From the IMG/VR virus record IMGVR_UViG_3300045988_083627, positions 1 to 52,269 of that record: a stretch of DNA of 52,269 nt; one strand, given 5' to 3'. The notes below the pieces were generated by a model. The model saw only the letters and a program-made list of their open reading frames with translations. It searched no databases and was not told the DNA's origin. How positions within the stretch are numbered: the stretch's first letter is position 1; every line of letters begins with the position of its first letter. The position numbers and the translations under genes are program-made. Positions 26,987 to 36,356 of the stretch are shown one piece after another. Source of the DNA: a virus.

Positions 26987-28947
26987 TGGACAAAGAGCTT
27001 AAGTGGAACATCGACGTTGAGAAGATTAAAGACAAGAGGCTTTCAAAAGTAAAGGCTCGATATGATCAAGCTCGCTCGCAGATGATGCAGCGCACGTATC
27101 ATCACGAGCTTTACGGTCTGCTTGCGAAGAACAAGTCCATCCATCAGTGGTCTACGAAGAAAGGCCAGAGCAAATACTTTAGCGAAGGGTCTACCCAGTA
27201 CATCCTCCGCAAGGTGCTCGCTGATACCATTCAGCGTATGCCCGACGGAGAGCTAACCACGCAGTACGACAAGTCTACGTGGCAACACGTGATCACCCAG
27301 TATCTGTTTGAAAACAAGGTGATGTGGTCGGAGTACGAGGGAATCGACATGCTCTCGAACTTCACCAATACCTTCAAGATGTCGTTCATCTATGCCTTCG
27401 CTCCTGTACGGACTGGCTTCGAGAGGGATGTCGATGGAGATATCCGAATCTCCTACAACCTGGAGAACTGGGCGGACGTCTTTGTTGATCGAGACTGTCG
27501 AGACATCCGCCGACCAGCTGTCGTCTACCATCGCAGCTACCTCTCGAAAGACCAGGTGGAGGAACTTCTCAATGAGGACGGCTCGGTTAAAGACTCGTCC
27601 TATTGCGAGGATACTATCAAGTACATCCTCGATCATGATATGTTCGGTGCTAAGCAATGGGAGTCTGAGAAGCTTTCCGATAAGATGAAGAACTCCACGG
27701 CGCTTCAATCGATCGAGCTTGTTACAGAGTACAAGCGCGGAGCTTCTGAGTTCGTCACGTTTGTTCCTGGACTCAATGCTCCGCTTCGCAAGGTGAAGAA
27801 CTATGACCCTCGCAAGGGTCTGCCGTGGAACTTCTTCGTCCTGGAGCCTGACCCCGACTTCCCGCTTGGAGTCAGCCAGGTTGAGTTTCTCCTATCCGAT
27901 CAGCAGTTCAACGATCTGTTCCAGACCAGTGCCTATAAGAATCTGCTCCTCGCAATGGAGCCGCCTATCATGGTGTCTGGTTGGGAAACCAATCCGTCGT
28001 CCTATGTATTCGAGCCTCGTCGAATCTGGAACCTTGGCAACAATCCGAACCAGGTGAAGGTAGATCCGGTCAAGATCGACAACACGGTTCTCAACAATTG
28101 GACGACCACACGCGAGGCTGTAGCCTCCTCGATGCTCCGCAACCTGAATGTCATGGACGGCACCATCGCGAAGGACTCCGGCACATCGTTCTCCAAGACG
28201 GCTCCTGGCGTGAAGGCTCAGCAGGAGGCCAAGACCATCAATATCAACCAATATCAGAAGAGGCTTGAGAATTTCATCTCGCAATGGGCTACCCAAGCTC
28301 TTCAGATGTACATCTCTGCAATGGGTGGCGAGCATGACATCACCGTCGATGAGGCGACAAGACGCCGTCTTTTCGATATCGGATGCGACGATATGATCAC
28401 CATCGATGGCAAGGTCACTGTTGATTTCGATGAGCTGTCTGCAAACCAGCTTCGCTATCAGGTTCGCGTGGGCTCTCTGGTTCAGCTCAAGGAAGACCAG
28501 GAGCGTGCAGCGCTTTCCGAAGTTGCGCAGCCGTTTGTGCAGAACCTCAACGGATGGTCTGAAGAGAACCGCAAGGTTATCGAGAACGAGGTACTGCTAC
28601 CGATTGCTAAGCGACTGCTCGAACTGTCCAACGTCGATATCGCTCAGACGATGGCTGACAGTCTGTCCACGCAGATTGCGAAGACTATGATGGCCGACAT
28701 GCAGAATCAGATCGACCAGCAGGGTGCCGTGCAGCAGCAGCAAGGACAGCAGATCGCAGACATCCAGAACCAAATGCAGGAGCAACCCGGGGCCATGCCC
28801 CAGGAGCCCATACCCGAGGGATCTCCTTCGGGATTACCACCGGTCGAGGGCGAGGCTCTATCGCCAGGTGCCGAACCCTCACCGACCAGTTCAAGTGAAA
28901 CCCCAGGTCAACAAGTAGTTTCTCCTGAGGATTTGCTTGAATTGTAG
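26986..28947 (+). CDS. putative portal protein (653 aa, Gln-rich acidic disordered C-terminus)
   Basis: Position immediately upstream of the capsid gene; size and C-terminal tail are portal-like. Confidence 0.5.
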   Translation: MDKELKWNIDVEKIKDKRLSKVKARYDQARSQMMQRTYHHELYGLLAKNKSIHQWSTKKGQSKYFSEGSTQYILRKVLADTIQRMPDGELTTQYDKSTWQHVITQYLFENKVMWSEYEGIDMLSNFTNTFKMSFIYAFAPVRTGFERDVDGDIRISYNLENWADVFVDRDCRDIRRPAVVYHRSYLSKDQVEELLNEDGSVKDSSYCEDTIKYILDHDMFGAKQWESEKLSDKMKNSTALQSIELVTEYKRGASEFVTFVPGLNAPLRKVKNYDPRKGLPWNFFVLEPDPDFPLGVSQVEFLLSDQQFNDLFQTSAYKNLLLAMEPPIMVSGWETNPSSYVFEPRRIWNLGNNPNQVKVDPVKIDNTVLNNWTTTREAVASSMLRNLNVMDGTIAKDSGTSFSKTAPGVKAQQEAKTININQYQKRLENFISQWATQALQMYISAMGGEHDITVDEATRRRLFDIGCDDMITIDGKVTVDFDELSANQLRYQVRVGSLVQLKEDQERAALSEVAQPFVQNLNGWSEENRKVIENEVLLPIAKRLLELSNVDIAQTMADSLSTQIAKTMMADMQNQIDQQGAVQQQQGQQIADIQNQMQEQPGAMPQEPIPEGSPSGLPPVEGEALSPGAEPSPTSSSETPGQQVVSPEDLLEL

Positions 28948-28962
28948 CGTGAGTGAGATAAT
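28933..28962 (+). promoter_or_regulatory. sigma70-like promoter upstream of the capsid gene (TTGCTT, 18-nt spacer, TGaGATAAT)
   Basis: -35 at 28933-28938 and extended -10 at 28954-28962. Confidence 0.35.
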
Positions 28963-29013
28963 ATCCTAAAACCTGGCGACAGAGCACAATAGGCTAATAG
29001 AAAGGAAACCAAC

Positions 29014-30801
29014 ATGGGAGCACAGCCTATCTCGCCGCAGATCTGGAACAAAGCGGCACTTACCGACAACCGCCTCCTTCCGGCGCGGTATTCCATCGGT
29101 ATCTTTACTGGCAAGGGCGTTAATATCGCCAACAACGAAGATGCGTATGCCTACGATGACATCCTCGTATCCGACCGAATCTTCGACTATGATGACCGTC
29201 GTCTTAACGGTCTGACCGGCCCCGGTTCTTCCGAGGTTACTGGTCGCGACGGCTGGGGGGCATCTGCTTACGGCCCGTTCCAGACGGTCCGCTTCACCCG
29301 TCGAGTCTTCACCAGCGGTCAGCATAAGTCGATCGCATGGCGAATCTTCGATGAGAAGCAGTATTCTGGCGGCATCGGTGAGTGGGGTAACGCAACTACC
29401 TCCAACGCTTACACTGGCGGCGAGGCGTACCTCTCCACTGCTGAGACGATCAACAAGGCGAAGGCCATCTGGGACAAGGAAATCCTTGGTCCGCATATCG
29501 ACAAGTACAACTTCTTCGCGATCGCCAACGGCCATATCTCCGGCCGCTTCGTGCAGACCCATGCAAACGAAGGCCGTATGTTCGATGGCGAAGGCCAGTG
29601 GATCGCGTCCCCTGGTCCTTACGAGGGTCTGTCCTATCCGCCTGAGTTCGCGCCTATCAAGGCGATCGAGTGGGATAGCGCCAACGTCCGCCCGATGCTG
29701 AACGCCATCGACGTGGCATGGACCAACCTGTTCATCCCTGAGGACAACCGTGTCATCCTCCTCGATAAGGCATACAAGGATGACCTGCTCTCCAACCTCA
29801 TCGGTATGCCTGGTTCCGTGCCTGCTACCGAGAAGGCTTACGATGCACTCGTCGAAGGCCGCTTCGAGCGTTTCTACGGTTGGGACTTCGACTTCTCCAT
29901 CCCGTCTCAGTATTACCCGAAGGTCTACCTCGATGCGAACAACAACGTCGTCCACAGCGAAGACGGCAACGCTGCGTTCGATATGGTTATGAACTCCATC
30001 AAGGCTGAGGACGGTGTGCTCAAGCTTCAGAACGAGCTTGGTGCTGCTTCCCGAGTCCGTGCCACGAACTACTTCGGTACCTACTTCGATCCTGAGACCA
30101 AGCAGTTCAAGAACGAGGTAACCAACTATACGCTGTCCATGCCGTCCGGTGAGCCGTACTACGGCGATGCTGAGCGCTACGACAACGCGACCCTGACGAA
30201 CGACTGGAAAGTTCAGAATATCACCGACTTCCCGTGGCAGGGCTTCCCCGGCCAGGGTATTAAGAACCCGACCGGCCCGGTCAAGCCTATTACCCGTCGT
30301 CAGGTTATCGGTATGGCGGTCTATCGTCCTGCTGCTCAGCTCGGCGAGGAGTACGGCAACATGGAGACGGAGCGCGGCGGTACTCGCGGTAAGTTCACCG
30401 AGCTCGTGTTCGATATGAAGCATGACGCCTGGGTCATCCCGCAGTACTCCCATGGCATCCTCCTCATCGTCGATGCTGAGGAGAACTCCAACAAGCCCGC
30501 TATCAACGTCCGAGTTGTTCCGCCCGTTGATGAGGTTGAGGCTAAGGTTACTGCGATCAAGGTCACTCCGACGACTCTGACGCTCACCGTCAATCAGGAA
30601 GCCAACCCGCAGGTTACCGTAACTGGTACCGGCAAGTTCGATAAGACCTGGACCGCGTACTCCAGCGCAGCCAACATCGCAGAGGTCAAGCCTGACGGCA
30701 AGATCACTGCGAAGGCAGCCGGCAACGCGACCATCACCTATCGCTCCACTGGCGATCCGACCAAGACGGCAACCATCGCTGTAACGGTCAATGCAGGCTA
30801 G
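29014..30801 (+). CDS. putative major capsid protein with a C-terminal bacterial Ig-like (Big_2) decoration domain
   Basis: The C-terminus VTAIKVTPTTLTLTV...ATITYRSTGD...ATIAVTVNAG is Big_2-like. Flanked by its own promoter and a strong terminator. AGAAAGGAAACC ribosome-binding site. Confidence 0.6.
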   Translation: MGAQPISPQIWNKAALTDNRLLPARYSIGIFTGKGVNIANNEDAYAYDDILVSDRIFDYDDRRLNGLTGPGSSEVTGRDGWGASAYGPFQTVRFTRRVFTSGQHKSIAWRIFDEKQYSGGIGEWGNATTSNAYTGGEAYLSTAETINKAKAIWDKEILGPHIDKYNFFAIANGHISGRFVQTHANEGRMFDGEGQWIASPGPYEGLSYPPEFAPIKAIEWDSANVRPMLNAIDVAWTNLFIPEDNRVILLDKAYKDDLLSNLIGMPGSVPATEKAYDALVEGRFERFYGWDFDFSIPSQYYPKVYLDANNNVVHSEDGNAAFDMVMNSIKAEDGVLKLQNELGAASRVRATNYFGTYFDPETKQFKNEVTNYTLSMPSGEPYYGDAERYDNATLTNDWKVQNITDFPWQGFPGQGIKNPTGPVKPITRRQVIGMAVYRPAAQLGEEYGNMETERGGTRGKFTELVFDMKHDAWVIPQYSHGILLIVDAEENSNKPAINVRVVPPVDEVEAKVTAIKVTPTTLTLTVNQEANPQVTVTGTGKFDKTWTAYSSAANIAEVKPDGKITAKAAGNATITYRSTGDPTKTATIAVTVNAG

Positions 30802-30832
30802 TTGGTAGTTGAATACGGGCAACTGCTAACAG

Positions 30833-30863
30833 GAGGGGGTTGGGAAACCGGCCCCCTCTTTTG
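30833..30863 (+). terminator. rho-independent terminator after the capsid gene (GAGGGGG...CCCCCTC followed by TTTTG)
   Basis: 7-bp GC stem followed by a T-run. Confidence 0.75.
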
Positions 30864-30882
30864 AGTGAAGAAGGGAGATGCG

Positions 30883-31566
30883 ATGGCTGACGTTACCGAC
30901 GAGCAAAGACAAGCTGCGAACAACCTGACGACTATTGCGAACTACAATGCGCAGTCAATTAAGAACCAGCTTGCCCAGCAGCTTGAGAACTACGACTTGG
31001 CCGATAAGCAGAACCGCGCCCTTGCCGATACAGAGAAGAACCAGTCCAGCAAGTCGGCAGCAGCCGATCGATTCGCTCAGAACAAGAAGCTGCAAAATGC
31101 AACCAGAGGTCTGCTTGGCACTGTGGGTAGTGGCCTTTACGGTTCGACGCTGTACAATATCATGGACATGCTCCGAAACCGTCAGGATCTCGACAGCCAG
31201 GCGACGCTCAACACGCTTCAGCAGAACTGGGATACGGCTGAGAACGCATATAATGAATCCGCTAATGCGAACGTCTTGTCCCGAAACGATGCTGCAACCA
31301 ATGCGGAATATGCGTTGCGTGGCATCCAGTCAGATACAGCAGCTCAGCTGAACAACATCAATCCCGACCTGTTCGTTGCTCCTGGCGAGGGAGACACCAA
31401 CGTCGGTGCCGATGGTACGGCTGCGGACAATAAGCATGAAGCGAACCTGGCGAGGATGAGCGGGTATATAATGCCAAGTAAGAATCAGATCGAACAGCAG
31501 ACTAAGCCTCGATCTGTTACTAAGAACTCTTATTTCAACAAGCTTATGAACGGATATAGGGGGTAG
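30883..31566 (+). CDS. hypothetical Gln/Asn/Ala-rich protein (227 aa); possible scaffold or head protein
   Basis: AAGGGAG ribosome-binding site 5 nt before ATG at 30883; the track's GTG at 30865 is the alternative start. Confidence 0.5.
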   Translation: MADVTDEQRQAANNLTTIANYNAQSIKNQLAQQLENYDLADKQNRALADTEKNQSSKSAAADRFAQNKKLQNATRGLLGTVGSGLYGSTLYNIMDMLRNRQDLDSQATLNTLQQNWDTAENAYNESANANVLSRNDAATNAEYALRGIQSDTAAQLNNINPDLFVAPGEGDTNVGADGTAADNKHEANLARMSGYIMPSKNQIEQQTKPRSVTKNSYFNKLMNGYRG

Positions 31567-31570
31567 AACA

Positions 31571-31966
31571 ATGGAGAATATGGATGATTTCCTGGATATG
31601 TTCCTGTCAATGACTCCTTCTCCGGAGCCTGAGATCATGCACGGTGGCAAGCCAGAGCACGCAGGTCACGACCTCGATGACGAAGACGAGATCAAGATGA
31701 TGCTCAAGAAGATCATGTGCATGCTCGCTAAGCTCCATCTCGACGATATGCCCGAGCCTAAGGAAGGTGACGGCATCGACGTGCTCTACAAGGAAGATGG
31801 TGAGCCCGACATCAAAGGCGCTTTCAAATCCATCAAGGGCGTCATCAATGGCGATCCGTCTGAAGATAAGGAACCTGAGAAAGATTCCAAAGAAGAGAAA
31901 CCCGAGGACGAGGACAATAACGAGAAGAAGTCCCCGTTCCGCAAGGCTCGAAAAGGAGGTTTCTAA
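31571..31966 (+). CDS. highly acidic protein (131 aa) containing a PEHAGHD motif
   Basis: AGGGGGT ribosome-binding site; Asp/Glu-rich. Confidence 0.55.
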   Translation: MENMDDFLDMFLSMTPSPEPEIMHGGKPEHAGHDLDDEDEIKMMLKKIMCMLAKLHLDDMPEPKEGDGIDVLYKEDGEPDIKGAFKSIKGVINGDPSEDKEPEKDSKEEKPEDEDNNEKKSPFRKARKGGF

Positions 31967-32037
31967 TGGGATTCAAACAGACTGTGAAAAACGCTAAGAA
32001 GGCAGCAAAGAAGAAGTCTAAGAAGTGCTGCAAGTAA
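31966..32037 (+). CDS. 23-aa Lys-rich basic peptide MGFKQTVKNAKKAAKKKSKKCCK
   Basis: Perfect AAGGAGGT ribosome-binding site 6 nt upstream of ATG at 31966 (TAATG overlap); TAA at 32035-32037. Confidence 0.45.
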   Translation: MGFKQTVKNAKKAAKKKSKKCCK

Positions 32038-32051
32038 CCTGAGGAGGAACC

Positions 32052-32834
32052 ATGTCGAGAGGGCTTACTATAGCCGAACTTGTTCAGCAAGTTTACTACG
32101 CCATCTACAAGGTCCGCATCGACGTGGACGAGGGAGTGGACGGCGCCTTTTCTTCTAAGACTGACAAGTTCAAAGAAGTTGTAATGGAAGCTAACCTTGT
32201 TCTTCAGGAGTTTCAGAAGGAGCAGGATTGGAATTTCCTTCGTGACCGATGGGAGATTGGCTGGGCTTTTAATCCGCACCATGGGATTCAGGAGTTTCAG
32301 ATTCCTCCTGATGTCTACAAGATCTGCTCTGGGTTCAATGACGCCGTCCGCCTGCACAACCACGGCGGCTTCCTCGAAATTCCAATCACGTCTCCGCGTT
32401 CTGGCAACCACAGTGATGTAGCTATGTTCGATCAATACGGGCAGCTCGATGTCCACGATAACCGAGTCAAGGCGTTCGTTGTGGGCGATACGCTCACTTT
32501 CTCGCGTCCTTGGCAACCTATTGAGCTTGGCTCGCTTATAGAAACTGACGTAATTTCTACTGTGCAGCCGCTGCACATTTGCGATGACCGATGCTCCGAT
32601 AACTGTCCGAAGGCGTATAAGGAGCGAGTTCTGACCTGGTGCCCCGACCCTCTGTACTTCGTGTACAAGATCGCATCCTACCGTGCTGAAGGCGATCCGT
32701 CCGTCTCCGAGATGGTGGAGAGCCTGACTAACAAGGCCAAGATGATGCTGTCTGCTATGCGCGAGAACGACTCAGCGCACACCGTTCCCGATACCTACCA
32801 GACTGCACACCTCGGGTACATCGAGGTGATCTGA
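32052..32834 (+). CDS. hypothetical structural protein (260 aa)
   Basis: GAGGAGG ribosome-binding site. Confidence 0.6.
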   Translation: MSRGLTIAELVQQVYYAIYKVRIDVDEGVDGAFSSKTDKFKEVVMEANLVLQEFQKEQDWNFLRDRWEIGWAFNPHHGIQEFQIPPDVYKICSGFNDAVRLHNHGGFLEIPITSPRSGNHSDVAMFDQYGQLDVHDNRVKAFVVGDTLTFSRPWQPIELGSLIETDVISTVQPLHICDDRCSDNCPKAYKERVLTWCPDPLYFVYKIASYRAEGDPSVSEMVESLTNKAKMMLSAMRENDSAHTVPDTYQTAHLGYIEVI

Positions 32835-32835
32835 T

Positions 32836-35076
32836 ATGGCAGGCAAGGCATCTTCTAAGAAGAAAGCATCTGGAGGCGGACGGCCCAGAAACTCCGAGCC
32901 TCAGGTTCAGGTTTTCAAACAGTTCACTGGAATGAACATTCAGGAGAACCAAGCGGACTTCGATTCATCTGGAATCTTCCATGACCAGGCCGATCTCCAG
33001 ATGACATATATGGAGATTCAGAACAACGTAGCTGTAACCTCGATGAAGACGCTGGAGACGGTGAACAAGACTGTGGAGAGGTTTCTCATCCCTCCAACAG
33101 GCACTGAGTTCACTGGCCCCATCGTCAACATCGGGGCTTATATCTATGCAGCCACAAGCAATAAGCATACTTCCGAGTTCGCGATCTATAGGACTGAGGT
33201 TCTTAATCCAACGAACTGGACTAAGATCGAAGTCAAGAGCGCCGTTTCAAAACCAGAAACGATTCCCGGCACAACCGAATGGACTTGGATCGGCCTTGTC
33301 GGCGGGTACATCGTAGCGCTTACCGCTTTGAACAACATCTTCATCAGCGAGTACAAGGAAAACGAGCCGATCAATGACTTGAGCTTCTATCCTAAGATTG
33401 AATCTCCTGACAAGAACAAGCTCACCATCTATGCAGACCCCTGGGTATATGGAAGACAATATGCTCTGTACCCACGAGGTTCTCTTAAAATCAAAGAGGT
33501 AACCGCTATCGATGAGGCTCCTCCTGCTGATATGCAGTACCGTATCGGAATCACCTATACGCTCTGCAACGTGTTCGGACCTACTGAAGCGGCTCCTATC
33601 AAATACTATTGGGTAAATAAGCCGACAACCGAATGGTCCTCATCCTGCTACCTGGCTATCGACCATAAGGCTGATAAGGCAGATGGTTTTAATGCAATGG
33701 AATTCTACTACGTTGAGGGAGAAGCTCAGGACCCTGCATTTTTCTACCGTCTTGAGTTCGATCTCGATGGGCCAGATCCTCGCATGTCCTTCCATTGGGA
33801 TGGCTATAACACAAATACCGATATGTGGGCTATCGCGAACCTTTCCGTCCCGACGAAGAATTACACAGCTGGAGTAGCGGCTAAATACGCCACGTCTATC
33901 GATGGCCGCGTTTACTTCTGGGGCAATGTCGATAACCCAGCCAGGCTCTACATCGGAGGCAACCCAGGTAACGAGCTGTCTATCTCCACTGGCACAGGCG
34001 GCGGTTTCGTAGACTGCGACCCCGGCCAGGGAAACAGGATCAAGGTTGTCGTCAAATACAAGACGCAATCTGGTAACAACATCGTCACGCTGCTTTGCGA
34101 CAATCCGAACTCTCAAAAAGAGTTCCGCTATAATCTTGTTGAAAACAATGTCAGCCTCTCCTCTGAGCAGTCTGTCAAAGGATGGCAGGCTGAACATGTC
34201 TCAGGCGCTGTTGGATGCAAGTCTCCTTATGGTGCTGTGGTGGCCGCAGATGGCCTATACGCCGTGTCTAGGTTCGGTCTGGCTCTCACTACGCTTACGA
34301 TGGAATACAACTCTCAGATCCGTGCTCAGTACGTCTCAGACGCTATCGAGCCTGTGTTCACCGACCAGATTGGACACGAGTTCTCCTACACTGTGCTCAT
34401 CGAGATGAACGACAAGCTCTACCTCGTGTTCGGCAGCCATGCCCCTGAATCCCTCGGTGAGAACTATCTTGAGGGAATCATCTTCTGCTACGATATCGAC
34501 GGCAAAGCCTGGTGGACGATGACGATGCAGAACGAGGATCCCATCATGTCCATCGTGCCGCTCGATTACGAGTCGGCCCGCGAAGGCTTGATGTGCCTCA
34601 CAAAGAACTACGCGAGCTTCATCCCGCTCACGAAACCTGACAAGCCTGAGGATGATCCTGTCGATTTCTATATGCAGTCTGGTCGTATCGGCGTTACACA
34701 GCCTCTCAACGGGTTGCAGAACCTTGTTCAGCTTGAGTTCAGGTTCGACTACTTCTGCGGTTCAATGGAGATAAAGCTGGTTGGAATCGACCAACTTGGT
34801 AGGAAAGTTACCACAACCAAGCGAATAAACCACGAAACACCGGTTTATAACCTCGCTGAATACATGCGAGTCGATCTGAAGCTTGAGAGCTATACCTTGT
34901 CTTTCAGGGGCAAAGCTCGATTCAGGATGACTCATTTCATGGCTAAGACCTTCAACCTCACGAACAAGCGAGGTATTGTCTGGGGCTTCGATTCCTCCCA
35001 AGGACTGCACTCGGACAACGACATCCGAGTTTATATAAAAGACTACAACGATCTGAAGCAAGCAATCATCCCGTAA
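32836..35076 (+). CDS. large structural protein (746 aa), function unknown (tail or ring candidate)
   Basis: GAGGTGAT ribosome-binding site; TGAnATG coupling. Confidence 0.6.
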   Translation: MAGKASSKKKASGGGRPRNSEPQVQVFKQFTGMNIQENQADFDSSGIFHDQADLQMTYMEIQNNVAVTSMKTLETVNKTVERFLIPPTGTEFTGPIVNIGAYIYAATSNKHTSEFAIYRTEVLNPTNWTKIEVKSAVSKPETIPGTTEWTWIGLVGGYIVALTALNNIFISEYKENEPINDLSFYPKIESPDKNKLTIYADPWVYGRQYALYPRGSLKIKEVTAIDEAPPADMQYRIGITYTLCNVFGPTEAAPIKYYWVNKPTTEWSSSCYLAIDHKADKADGFNAMEFYYVEGEAQDPAFFYRLEFDLDGPDPRMSFHWDGYNTNTDMWAIANLSVPTKNYTAGVAAKYATSIDGRVYFWGNVDNPARLYIGGNPGNELSISTGTGGGFVDCDPGQGNRIKVVVKYKTQSGNNIVTLLCDNPNSQKEFRYNLVENNVSLSSEQSVKGWQAEHVSGAVGCKSPYGAVVAADGLYAVSRFGLALTTLTMEYNSQIRAQYVSDAIEPVFTDQIGHEFSYTVLIEMNDKLYLVFGSHAPESLGENYLEGIIFCYDIDGKAWWTMTMQNEDPIMSIVPLDYESAREGLMCLTKNYASFIPLTKPDKPEDDPVDFYMQSGRIGVTQPLNGLQNLVQLEFRFDYFCGSMEIKLVGIDQLGRKVTTTKRINHETPVYNLAEYMRVDLKLESYTLSFRGKARFRMTHFMAKTFNLTNKRGIVWGFDSSQGLHSDNDIRVYIKDYNDLKQAIIP

Positions 35077-35088
35077 GGAGGAAACGAA

Positions 35089-35838
35089 ATGGGTTATCGA
35101 AGAATCAAGCCGCCTGAACATCATCACCGTCGGGATATGGATAACAAGACGACTGGCGGCGTTATCTTCCTGGAACCTGGAACGACTGCCAAGTTCTCTA
35201 TTCCCTGCTGGTACCGTATGGTAGGCTGGCCTATCCAGGTCCACGGGCACAACCGAGACTTTCACGATTGGCTCGGCTGGCCTACGCCAGACCATCCTGA
35301 CCACAGCTGCCAGGAGTGGGATTACGACCACTCCTGCTGTCGTCACGGCCACGCTCACTGCGAGCTGAAGAGATGCCATGATTACATCGACATGTGCAAG
35401 CTTTACCCTATTCATCTCAAGAAGGAAGGGTATGTCATCAGCTGTGAAGTTTCCGATATTCCAGTTCCTCAGAACATTTACCTGAGATATATGGACCTCA
35501 TCAATTGGGAACAGCCTAGTGAAACCGATTTGAAAAATGCATTCGATAAGATGAGCGAGGATGAGTTCCACGCTTATCGCAAGTGGTACATTTCTCAGAA
35601 GATGCACGTCTCGGCCGAACCAACGATCAGAAAAGGTTCCGATTGGATCATCGATGTCAGAGTTAATGCAATCATGGCAGAAACTGAGATGTTCCCATTC
35701 GATGAGGCAGAGAAGATCGTTACTGTTGTCGTTTCGAGATCTTTCGATGATGATAGCTCTGCTACTAAAAAAGAAGTCGTAGGGAAGTTCATCGTCAAGG
35801 TCAACGATCCTGGTCGAGTCAGCGGTGGTGCTCAATGA
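35089..35838 (+). CDS. His/Cys-rich structural protein (249 aa; PPEHHH..., HDW, CCRHGHAHC)
   Basis: TAAGGAGGAAAC ribosome-binding site. Confidence 0.55.
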   Translation: MGYRRIKPPEHHHRRDMDNKTTGGVIFLEPGTTAKFSIPCWYRMVGWPIQVHGHNRDFHDWLGWPTPDHPDHSCQEWDYDHSCCRHGHAHCELKRCHDYIDMCKLYPIHLKKEGYVISCEVSDIPVPQNIYLRYMDLINWEQPSETDLKNAFDKMSEDEFHAYRKWYISQKMHVSAEPTIRKGSDWIIDVRVNAIMAETEMFPFDEAEKIVTVVVSRSFDDDSSATKKEVVGKFIVKVNDPGRVSGGAQ

Positions 35839-36347
35839 GAGTGACCGATGCCAGACAGCCTATAGTGGTTCTTGGCGGGATCTACCCTCAAGAGCGCGTT
35901 GTCGTGAGAAACAACGAGTCAACGACAATCATGTCGATGCTGTACACCGAGAAGCCTTCCTCGCTCATGGCAGTCTCGTGGCAGGAATACGGTCCTATCA
36001 TCGCAGGAGAGATGGGCTACGAGAGAACTGCTTGGGACGCAGGCTACATCTACAAGATTCCTCTCAACCAAGAGCAGTGGGACTACCTCGAAATCCTGTT
36101 CGATTACAGTGATTGGCCTCCTGAGCTATCTGATCAACATGATAACGTCGATGTTCTTGTCAGTAAGAAAGCGGAGGGTGATTGGGAGATGTTCATTAAG
36201 GTCAAACCTAAGCTTACGAAGAAGCTGAAACGTGCTATGGACCTTCCGTTTTCAGTGCGATATTCCTCGGCAGATGGTATGCTATCTTCAATAGTTGCTG
36301 CTGGAACGATTATCATCTACAACAAAAACGATCCATGGAAACCGTAG
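35835..36347 (+). CDS. hypothetical structural protein (170 aa)
   Basis: ATGA overlap with the upstream stop. Confidence 0.55.
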   Translation: MRVTDARQPIVVLGGIYPQERVVVRNNESTTIMSMLYTEKPSSLMAVSWQEYGPIIAGEMGYERTAWDAGYIYKIPLNQEQWDYLEILFDYSDWPPELSDQHDNVDVLVSKKAEGDWEMFIKVKPKLTKKLKRAMDLPFSVRYSSADGMLSSIVAAGTIIIYNKNDPWKP

Positions 36348-36356
36348 GAGGACAAT

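Noticed and set aside
28966-30822. 618-aa minus-strand ORF antisense to the capsid gene, plus other long antisense ORFs (8711..9490, 27253..27708, 36729..37442, 37913..39085, 42068..42682, 43226..43951, 45481..46017)
   Set aside because: They lie in high-GC regions where stop codons are rare on the antisense strand. They have Arg/Val/Gly-rich composition typical of shadow ORFs, no ribosome-binding sites, and conflict with strongly supported sense genes.
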